From positions 146,781-210,780 of the forward strand of contig CBFHKU010000001.1 of assembly GCA_965656495.1 (NCBI GenBank): 64,000 nucleotides of DNA, written 5' to 3'. The notes below the pieces were generated by a model, which was given only the letters and a program-made list of their open reading frames with translations, did no database searches and was not told the DNA's origin. This DNA comes from Coraliomargaritaceae bacterium. GTDB lineage: Bacteria > Verrucomicrobiota > Verrucomicrobiia > Opitutales > Coraliomargaritaceae. The position numbers were made by a program, and so were the translations under genes. Every line of letters starts with the position of its first letter. Positions within the stretch are counted from its first letter, which is position 1. Below, piece by piece: positions 21,330 to 28,487 of the stretch.

Positions 21330-22208
21330 ATGAAAATCTTGCATATTTTTGGACTCTTGAGTAGTCTTACCCTCGTTTCTTTATGCGGTGGCGAAGAATT
21401 GCGCATCTCGGTCTCTGATTTGATGGCGGATTCTCTCGAAGCGCAACTCACTGAGTTGGCAGCTCAGAATTCCTTTGAAATCACCTTCACCAAGGAGGGC
21501 AGCTTGCCGGCGCTTGAACGCCTTGCCTCGGATGAATCGGATATCGCGATCATTGCGATTCCCGATGGCCACGCCATGCCGGATGTAACGCGGTATACGA
21601 CTTATCCCCTCGCTTATGATATTGCGGCTATTATCGTCAATGAAGACAACCCCATTGGAGAAGTGACACTTGCTCAGTTGGGAGGTATTTTTGGTAGCAA
21701 CGAAACCTTTGATTACAAAACATGGGGTGAGTTGGGTCTAAGTGGTTGGACTGGGCGCAGTATCAAGATAATTGCGGCTGAAAATGATAACAGTATTTCG
21801 AATGAGATTTTCAAATACACCGCACTGAATTCAAATAGCTTTAAAAGCTCGGTCAGTATAACTGATATCGCATCCGCAGAAAAAGTAATTGCGGCGGACG
21901 TATCCTGCGTCGGATTAATTTCAAGGAAAGGTGATTCAAACAGAACAAAGACCTTGATGATCTCGACGGGCGATGGCTTGCCCGCATATGGGCCGTCGGT
22001 CGACAACGTGCACTATGGCGATTACCCGCTTCGCTTGCCCTTCTATGTGGTTTTTGAAAGCGCCAACAAGAAGCGGATCAAACCCATCTTGAGCTATCTT
22101 TTGAGTGAGAATTGTTCCAAGGTTCTTGAGGCGAGTGATTTTTATGTCTTACCGGACACGGTCCGCGGTCAATATTCCTTTGAGTTGAATATGATTCGCG
22201 AGGAATAA
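21330..22208 (+). CDS. PstS-like substrate-binding protein
   Basis: Signal peptide, GS..AL..L, IIVNEDNP, TWGELG, GDYPLR. Confidence 0.7.
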   Translation: MKILHIFGLLSSLTLVSLCGGEELRISVSDLMADSLEAQLTELAAQNSFEITFTKEGSLPALERLASDESDIAIIAIPDGHAMPDVTRYTTYPLAYDIAAIIVNEDNPIGEVTLAQLGGIFGSNETFDYKTWGELGLSGWTGRSIKIIAAENDNSISNEIFKYTALNSNSFKSSVSITDIASAEKVIAADVSCVGLISRKGDSNRTKTLMISTGDGLPAYGPSVDNVHYGDYPLRLPFYVVFESANKKRIKPILSYLLSENCSKVLEASDFYVLPDTVRGQYSFELNMIREE

Positions 22209-22267
22209 AGAACTGCAAAAATCGCGTTGACAGCCAAGAACTGGCGAACCATTTTCTGTAACTTCAT

Positions 22268-22350
<83 letters not shown>

Positions 22351-22382
22351 AAGCCCCCGTGGATTTGATCCCGGGGGCTTTC
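22351..22382 (+). terminator. tRNA-Gly terminator
   Basis: aagccccc...gggggcttt hairpin. Confidence 0.65.
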
Positions 22383-22489
22383 TTGTGCGCAACCACGAAT
22401 AGGTGAGAACTCTCCCGAGCGTTTGACGGAGCCCTGAGCTTGTCGAAGGGCGGAGATGGCCCGACCGCAGGTCGCTGCGCAGCAGTGAG

Positions 22490-22545
22490 GCGGCACGCTA
22501 AGAGTGAGGGCGGCGAATGCCAGTGCTTACCTCGCCTTGTTCGAC
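22490..22545 (-). repeat. Degenerate attC-like site
   Basis: GTCGAAC-AAGGC-GAGGTAAG...CTCACTC-TTAGC-GTG. Confidence 0.55.
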
Positions 22546-22779
22546 TTTTATTCTTTCAGATATCCAAACCTTCATTATGGACTGTCGGGTCACACCGATG
22601 CGCTTTGCTTCTGAATCAAGCGAATCAATCATCCAATTCGGAAGGTCCACGTTCACGCGGCGCTGCCCCAAGTTGGGACGATGTGCCTTCTTGGTGTCCA
22701 GAAACTCTGAAATGTCCTCGCCGTCATCAAAACGCCGATCGAGTTCTTTAGCTGTTATAGTAGATTCTTTTTTCGCCAT
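22498..22779 (-). CDS. brnA: BrnA-type (CopG/RHH) antitoxin
   Basis: AKELDRRFDDGEDI, RRVNVDLPNWM, GVTRQSIMKVWI. Confidence 0.88.
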   Translation of the reverse strand: MAKKESTITAKELDRRFDDGEDISEFLDTKKAHRPNLGQRRVNVDLPNWMIDSLDSEAKRIGVTRQSIMKVWISERIKVEQGEVSTGIRRPHS

Positions 22780-23002
22780 CTCGTGCCCTTCTACAGGGTA
22801 TGATTCTAATTTTTCCTTTTCTTCGCGTGAATATCGCAGTCCAAAGCTTGCTCGAATGTCCGGCGATCAAGGCCTCACGCGGTTCGGTTTCGCTTCTGGC
22901 TGGCAACTCAAGAGCGGTGATATCCTTCCAAAGTTCCTGTGCCTCAACGAAATCGATTCCATGCTTCAGCTTGTTATTCGCCGACTTTTGAGCATCGAAC
23001 AC
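22748..23002 (-). CDS. brnT: BrnT family toxin, possibly 5'-clipped
   Basis: KS..NK.KHGIDF.EAQ.LW, IRII..RRAR. Confidence 0.85.
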   Translation of the reverse strand: MFDAQKSANNKLKHGIDFVEAQELWKDITALELPARSETEPREALIAGHSSKLWTAIFTRRKGKIRIIPCRRARDGEKRIYYNS

Positions 23003-23057
23003 AAAGGCTAGTAGCGGTGGGGCTTACCCCGTTGTTGACTATGCCGTCTGATTGGCT
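22994..23057 (-). repeat. attC-like site (best preserved)
   Basis: AGCCAAT-CAGAC-GGCATAGT...ACTAGCC-TTTGT-GTTCGAT: 5-nt spacers and one extra base in the left arm. Confidence 0.65.
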
Positions 23058-23299
23058 CTGTCGTTTTTCTTGCGCTTCGGAAGGTCCAGATGCTCACCAA
23101 TCCAGAACTTGATCAGAGATTGCCTGGGGACGCCAAGTCGGTTCGCTTCCTTGTCGAGGCGATCAACCATCCAGACCGGAAAATCCACATTCACTCTCTT
23201 CTGTTCCTGACCAGGGCGAAACACCTTAGAGAGGTCTAGGAACTCATTGATATCGACGTCTCCGTCATCAAAAATTTTGTCTAAATCTTTAGCTTTCAT
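23039..23299 (-). CDS. brnA: BrnA-type (CopG/RHH) antitoxin
   Basis: MKAKDLDKIFDDG, KRVNVDFPVWM, GVPRQSLIKFWI. Confidence 0.9.
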   Translation of the reverse strand: MKAKDLDKIFDDGDVDINEFLDLSKVFRPGQEQKRVNVDFPVWMVDRLDKEANRLGVPRQSLIKFWIGEHLDLPKRKKNDRANQTA

Positions 23300-23549
23300 A
23301 AAGGGTCCTTTCGTTGGTGCGTGCTCTTCGAACTGAAATTATTCTGATTTTATTTTCTCTTGGAGTGTAGAATACGACCCAAAGTTTTCGGTTTAGCTCG
23401 GCAATCACTGCATAACGATCTTCGTCATCAGAGCGTGCAGGAAATTCAACTCTATCCGGGTCATCCCAAAGTTGCTGCGCTTCCTCAAAGTCGATGCCGT
23501 GCTTCTCTTTATTTTTTTCACTTTTTTTTGGATCGAATTCAAACCCCAT
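23289..23549 (-). CDS. brnT: BrnT family toxin
   Basis: FEFDPKKSEKNKEKHGIDF, IRIISVRRAR. Confidence 0.92.
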   Translation of the reverse strand: MGFEFDPKKSEKNKEKHGIDFEEAQQLWDDPDRVEFPARSDDEDRYAVIAELNRKLWVVFYTPRENKIRIISVRRARTNERTLYES

Positions 23550-23552
23550 TAA

Positions 23553-23586
23553 GGTATAAAAAATATACCATAAAGGGCTTTGTCAA
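23553..23586 (-). promoter_or_regulatory. brnTA promoter/operator
   Basis: TTGACA on the minus strand plus the palindrome GGTATA-N5-TATACC 3 nt before the ATG. Confidence 0.6.
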
Positions 23587-23646
23587 TCTACTTTTGTGCA
23601 AACTCAAGAGTGTGCGTGCCAAAGTCGATGCCCGCCTTAGCTGGAT

Positions 23647-24228
23647 CTACTGCCCGAACTCCTGAATCGGTCGAGAGGAAATAATTGGATCAAGACTGAA
23701 CTTAGGAACTGATTTTTTTGCATTATTTACAGCAGTGTATGTGTAATTTCCGTCGCCCCAAATAATAACGTCAAGGATGTCGTCATCTACCACAGTAGTC
23801 AGGCCTTCAACGTAAGCTAGATCGTATATCTTTATATTCTCCACCTCCTGATACAATTCATATGTGTAGTATTGCTTCTGTTGCAGCTTAGAGTAGAGGC
23901 TAGGGACTCTTCTCTTTTTTGTCACAGTCCTCGTTTTATAGACACTGCATAAGGCACCGTCACCAGTTGCTTGAAATACTTGGAGCCTCAGTCGTTGGGA
24001 AGTACCTCTGTGCCTTTCCATAAGGCGTAAGTATTCTTGGTCGGCCTGTGAAAGTTTTTCCCTTCTTACTTCGACGACCTGTCCGTTTTTGAGTCGCAGT
24101 CCAACGCTGTGAGAGTTCATTTGATAGACTGTGGCTTCCACCACTAGTCCATTTCTGTCCAACCACTCACGCGCCGAAGTTGATGAAATAATGATTACAA
24201 ACAAAAGCAGATGGATTCCATTCTTCAT
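23647..24228 (-). CDS. Exported hypothetical protein with SHD1-like N-terminal domain
   Basis: Signal peptide, REWLDRNG.VVEA, LSQADQEYL. Confidence 0.7.
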   Translation of the reverse strand: MKNGIHLLLFVIIISSTSAREWLDRNGLVVEATVYQMNSHSVGLRLKNGQVVEVRREKLSQADQEYLRLMERHRGTSQRLRLQVFQATGDGALCSVYKTRTVTKKRRVPSLYSKLQQKQYYTYELYQEVENIKIYDLAYVEGLTTVVDDDILDVIIWGDGNYTYTAVNNAKKSVPKFSLDPIISSRPIQEFGQ

Positions 24229-24368
24229 TTTCTTTCTAGCTAACAGTGTTACGGGTGTGACTCAGTTGTACATTTTCCAGTCTGAGGTGCGTGTTGAGCT
24301 ATGTCTTTTAAAAGTGATAAGGCCTGCTTGGGCTCATCGGTGGGACTTGAGAGAAATGTAGCTAAGGA

Positions 24369-24443
24369 GCCTCGCGCGGTTCGGTTTCGCTTCTGGCTGG
24401 CAACTCAAGAGCGGTGATATCCTTCCAAAGTTCCTGTGCCTCA
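24369..24443 (-). pseudogene. 75-bp internal fragment of brnT
   Basis: Matches 22872-22946 with one mismatch. Confidence 0.85.
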
Positions 24444-24445
24444 GT

Positions 24446-24745
24446 TTACCGCGCGAATCTTGAGATCTCGAAATCTCTTTCTGTTCTATCAACAAAGATG
24501 ATTATAACATCATCACCTTCGGTTCGATAGTATACATGAACCGCCTTGATGACCAACCTGCGGTAGGGTGTATGTTTCAGGTCTCTCGGTCGGGTTCCGA
24601 GGCCAGGCTTGTTTTCCAGTAGATCGACTTTCTCGAAGACCTTTCTTACCTGTCGCCGTGCCGTCTCATAGTTATCGAGCGCAATGTAATCTGCAATTTC
24701 GTCGAGGGAGTTTAATGCAGTTTCGGTCCAGATTACTTCAGCCAT
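24446..24745 (-). CDS. RelE/ParE family toxin
   Basis: MAEVIWTETAL.SLDEIADYIALDN, PGLG, YRRLVI, VYYR. Confidence 0.9.
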   Translation of the reverse strand: MAEVIWTETALNSLDEIADYIALDNYETARRQVRKVFEKVDLLENKPGLGTRPRDLKHTPYRRLVIKAVHVYYRTEGDDVIIIFVDRTERDFEISRFAR

Positions 24746-24990
24746 CTCGACATTTTCTTTTTTGCGTCTGTATTGCTCATAACGCGTCCTTCTGAGAATG
24801 CCTTCTCTCCTCTGGCGAGACCTTCAAGAAGCTGCATTCTCTTTTCTTTTGCCTCAAAGGTTTCTACGTCAATGAGATATGCCGCAGGTTTTCCATGTTC
24901 TGTGATCATTATTGGATCTCTGTCAGTCCTGAGATCATCAATGATTCGAGTGGCTTGCCGCTTCAGAGTGGTCACGAGTTCGGTTTTCAT
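24733..24990 (-). CDS. Phd/YefM family antitoxin
   Basis: ELVTTLKRQAT, PIMITEHGKPAAYL. Confidence 0.92.
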   Translation of the reverse strand: MKTELVTTLKRQATRIIDDLRTDRDPIMITEHGKPAAYLIDVETFEAKEKRMQLLEGLARGEKAFSEGRVMSNTDAKKKMSRWLK

Positions 24991-24991
24991 G

Positions 24992-25011
24992 AGTGATACG
25001 ATAGTAGCACT
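24992..25011. promoter_or_regulatory. Palindromic operator of the phd-relE pair
   Basis: AGTG-A-TAC-N4-GTA-G-CACT next to the ATG, overlapping a TACTAT -10-like box. Confidence 0.55.
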
Positions 25012-25081
25012 TTATTTTGCAGAGCAATGCTATTTGTTGAACGCGGAGTGCGGTGATGTCGAGGCGTAGTTTCGGTGATAG

Positions 25082-25801
25082 CTATCTCGTCAGATTCTCA
25101 TTAGGTTTGTTTACCTCTATTTCGATTACTTCAGTTTTTGTTTCGTCGAACTTGATTCTATAGGACCAACCACTGCTTGAGCTAGAAGACCTGCCTAAGG
25201 TTGGTTTGTCGAAAATTAGAGGATACTTTCTATTCAGTTCTTCGAAGGTATCTCCGACTTCAATTCTTTCGATAACGGCATAAAGAGCTTCTTTCCCGAT
25301 AGCTCCTTCGCCAATTACAAGGGTGGTGTAGGGGAAATATGCTATTCCCAGTGGTAGGAGGACGAACCGGACAAAAGGGAAGAAAAGTATCGGAGATGCC
25401 CACGCGGCAACTACGGGAACAAAATTCTTTACTTGGAGTAGCCAGAAAAGACTTCCGGCAATGGCTCCAATCAAAACGGGCCACCATATCAGAAATATGA
25501 TCCCAAACTGAAAAAGGGCTGCAACAAGAAGAAACGAAATCGTAGTCGCCAGAGTCCAGCAAATAACAGAAACCCGAAATTTTGTTTCTTTTCCTTTTCC
25601 AATTTTTAGCGCAAGCGGCAAACCGACAACCAGCCAGCCAATAAAAGTGAATATGAGAGGCCAGAACAGAAAGAACTCGAAGTCTGTGATGTAGCCAAAT
25701 CCAGTCGTGCGGAATTGCATCCACGATAGGAGTCCGATGAACGGCAAGAGCCAGCCGATGAAGACGGCGAGAAAGCTATGTGCGGCTCGATTTATTCTCA
25801 T
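25082..25801 (-). CDS. Hypothetical multi-pass membrane protein
   Basis: 239-aa ORF with about five hydrophobic segments. Confidence 0.7.
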   Translation of the reverse strand: MRINRAAHSFLAVFIGWLLPFIGLLSWMQFRTTGFGYITDFEFFLFWPLIFTFIGWLVVGLPLALKIGKGKETKFRVSVICWTLATTISFLLVAALFQFGIIFLIWWPVLIGAIAGSLFWLLQVKNFVPVVAAWASPILFFPFVRFVLLPLGIAYFPYTTLVIGEGAIGKEALYAVIERIEVGDTFEELNRKYPLIFDKPTLGRSSSSSSGWSYRIKFDETKTEVIEIEVNKPNENLTR

Positions 25802-25804
25802 TTC

Positions 25805-25870
25805 GCGAAAGGTAGAGGATAGAAATGATTGAGAGCTGCGAAAGGAATTGTATAGTCCGACTTATTAGGC
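25805..25870 (-). repeat. Degenerate attC-like site
   Basis: GCCTAAT-AAGTC-GGACTATA...TCTATCC-TCTAC-CTT; upstream stop codon lies inside GCCTAA. Confidence 0.55.
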
Positions 25871-26227
25871 ATATGTATGTGAGTTTTTTCTAGCGGTTTG
25901 GCTCTTTTTCGTCTTCTTTAGTCTTTTTTTTGGGGATTAACTCACGGATTACATTAAGTAAGATCAGGTAGCTAATCAATAATGCAGCCAAAAGAACTTC
26001 CCAAAATGGATAATAAATTTCTTTTTCTATCTCATTTATGCGGTCAATATATCCTTTGCTATAACCAATTTGGTACGAAAACCAAAATAGATGATAGCCA
26101 AAGAAGCTAACGTAACTAATAGTAGCGATGAATTTACCAATTTTTTATACTCCTCTGGACTGTTCCAGGCGAGGAATGATAGACCGCTTATGGCTGTTAG
26201 GATAAGGCCTATTATAAGTTCTTTCAT
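25865..26227 (-). pseudogene. Frameshifted small membrane protein
   Basis: ORF stops at 26036; another frame continues INEIEKEIYYPFWEVLLAALLISYLILL...TYA to a stop at 25865. Confidence 0.5.
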
Positions 26228-26251
26228 TTTTATGTCTTACTTAGATGATGA

Positions 26252-26764
26252 TCATAGAGAGGAGTGCAGCGACTCCGAGTTGATCACTCTGTCTTGATCT
26301 GTCTTCCGGGAGAGTGGGAGGATAATCGGCAAGCTTATTATGGCTACCAGAAGGGTCAGGAACAGCTCTATCACCCAGAACTTGACGTATGTGTAGGATC
26401 CATAGAAGTCAGATGATTTCTCTCCAGTCGTCCATTTCGAAAACCCAAGGGTATATTCTCTTTTCTTTCCTTCTTTCTGATTTTCTTTGGCAGCTTGGAG
26501 GTCGAAATCTGTTTTGCTTTTGAAGTTAAGGCTCAGCCGAGGCAGTTCCATATCGACTTGCTTGATCTTGTGCTGATACCCAAAAAGTAAGGAACCAGGG
26601 TCATCGCTATGCTGAACATACCTCTGAGCTTCAGTCATTCCTTTTTCAACTTTAGGAATCAAAGTCAGTGAAAATGAATGATCTTCAGCATGGGTATGAA
26701 GATAGAAAACGAGGGCTAAGATCGTCAAAATCAGTGTAATCAAAACCGTGGAGACATACTTCAT
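26252..26764 (-). CDS. Hypothetical protein with two terminal hydrophobic segments
   Basis: 170-aa ORF; C-terminus reads into an attC-like hairpin. Confidence 0.6.
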   Translation of the reverse strand: MKYVSTVLITLILTILALVFYLHTHAEDHSFSLTLIPKVEKGMTEAQRYVQHSDDPGSLLFGYQHKIKQVDMELPRLSLNFKSKTDFDLQAAKENQKEGKKREYTLGFSKWTTGEKSSDFYGSYTYVKFWVIELFLTLLVAIISLPIILPLSRKTDQDRVINSESLHSSL

Positions 26765-27122
26765 TTTTTTACAGATCGGACTTGCAGGAGTCGGAGTGTG
26801 AGGTTGACCGGCGCTGTGGGCTCTTTATGGCTGCTATGCTGCCGCCCTTGGTCGAGCGTTGTGTTCTGCCAGATTAAAGAAACTTCATGCGTAACTGGAT
26901 TCTGGTATAGGGATGGGATTAGTTTGCTTGGCTTTTGAAGCCCCGTCAATCGTTGAGGCTGGGCTTGCTGAGGTATTACAAGCTGTTGGTGGGTATTAGG
27001 AGAGGTAATGCGCTCGCTCCATTTTTAAGCCCCCGTGGATGCCCGGGCTTCCCGGTGGAAGCTTTCTGCGCTTCCGGCTTGGCAAGCTGACTTGTTCGGG
27101 CAAGCTATGCATTTGACTTGCT

Positions 27123-28487
27123 ATGCATCTTACCGCCCAAGACCTTAAATTGATCGAGAAGTATAATCGGCCCGGCCCGCGTTATACCAGCTATCCTCCC
27201 GCGAACCATTTTCGTGAGTTTGAGAATGCCAGCCCGCTTTTGAAATCGCTTGGCGAGGAAAAGGCTCCGCTCTCGCTTTATTTCCATCTGCCTTTTTGCG
27301 AGACCCTTTGTTGGTTCTGTGGTTGCAACATGATCACGAGTCTGGATAAGGGCCGCGCCGATGATTATCTGGATCTGTTGGAGAAAGAATTGGCCTTGTA
27401 TGAACCCTTGGTCGCGGGGGAGCGCGAGGCGGTGCAGCTTCATTTCGGGGGCGGTACGCCCAATTTCTTCGGAGCGGCACAGATCGACCGTCTCGCGGGA
27501 TTGATTGACCGGCATTTTAAATTCAGTGCGGATGCGGAGAAATCTGTGGAGTTGGATCCGCGCCGTTTGACGGCTCCGCAAGTGGAGGCCTTTGCGCGAA
27601 TGGGAATTACCCGGGCGTCGTTTGGTGTTCAGGATTGTGATCCGGATGTGCAGAAGGCGATTCACCGCATTCAGCCGCAGTCGGTGAATATTGAGGCGAT
27701 GGAATTACTTCGGGGCAATGGCTTCGACTCGATCAATCTGGATTTGATCTATGGTTTGCCGAAGCAGACGCCGGAAAGTTTTAATCGAACGATTGATGAC
27801 GTTTTATCGCTGAAGCCGGATCGTTTTGCGGTGTTCAACTATGCGCATGTTCCGTGGATGGCACCGGCGCAGAAGATTCTTGAGCGGATCGGGTTGCCGG
27901 ATGCGGAGGCGAAGCTGCAATTGTTGAAGTTGTGCATTGAGCGTCTCACCGAGGCGGGATATGTTTACATCGGGATGGATCATTTTGCGCTGCCGAGCGA
28001 CGAGTTGGTGGTGGCGCAGCAGGAAGGCAGCCTCCAGCGCAATTTTCAGGGCTACAGCACGAGAGCGGGAGTGGAGATCTGCGGCTTTGGGATTTCGAGT
28101 ATTTCTCAGGGCGCGAATGGTTTCCGTCAAAACGTAAAGGATTTGGAGAGTTACCGTGCGCGGGTCGAGAAAGGGATCATCCCGGTTGCGAAAGGCTATG
28201 AATTGACAGCGGAGGATAAATTGAGGGCGGATGTTATCATGCGATTGATGTGCGACATGGCGCTTGATTTTGACGCGATGAGCGAGAAGTGGTCGATTGA
28301 CTTCCGTAGTCATTTTACAGCAGCGCTTGAACAACTGGAGGCTTTTGTCGATGACGGCTTGCTCTCGTGGACTGCTACCGGTTGCGAGGTGACGGAGCAC
28401 GGGCGTCTCTTTATCCGCAATTTGGCGATGTGTTTTGATGCCTATCTGGAGTCACCCAGCGAGTCCCGTTATTCGCGGACGGTGTAG
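27123..28487 (+). CDS. hemN: Oxygen-independent coproporphyrinogen III oxidase
   Basis: GPRYTSYPPA, CETLCWFCGC, HFGGGTP, IGMDHFA, RNFQGY. Confidence 0.97.
   Translation: MHLTAQDLKLIEKYNRPGPRYTSYPPANHFREFENASPLLKSLGEEKAPLSLYFHLPFCETLCWFCGCNMITSLDKGRADDYLDLLEKELALYEPLVAGEREAVQLHFGGGTPNFFGAAQIDRLAGLIDRHFKFSADAEKSVELDPRRLTAPQVEAFARMGITRASFGVQDCDPDVQKAIHRIQPQSVNIEAMELLRGNGFDSINLDLIYGLPKQTPESFNRTIDDVLSLKPDRFAVFNYAHVPWMAPAQKILERIGLPDAEAKLQLLKLCIERLTEAGYVYIGMDHFALPSDELVVAQQEGSLQRNFQGYSTRAGVEICGFGISSISQGANGFRQNVKDLESYRARVEKGIIPVAKGYELTAEDKLRADVIMRLMCDMALDFDAMSEKWSIDFRSHFTAALEQLEAFVDDGLLSWTATGCEVTEHGRLFIRNLAMCFDAYLESPSESRYSRTV

Noticed and set aside
22405..22490. REP-like motif ccctgagcttgtcgaaggg after tRNA-Gly
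   Set aside because: I noticed only one copy in the window and cannot establish a repeat family.
26761..26949. 62-aa ORF at the islet end
   Set aside because: TTG start, no motif, and it reads through a weak attC-like region; probably a remnant.
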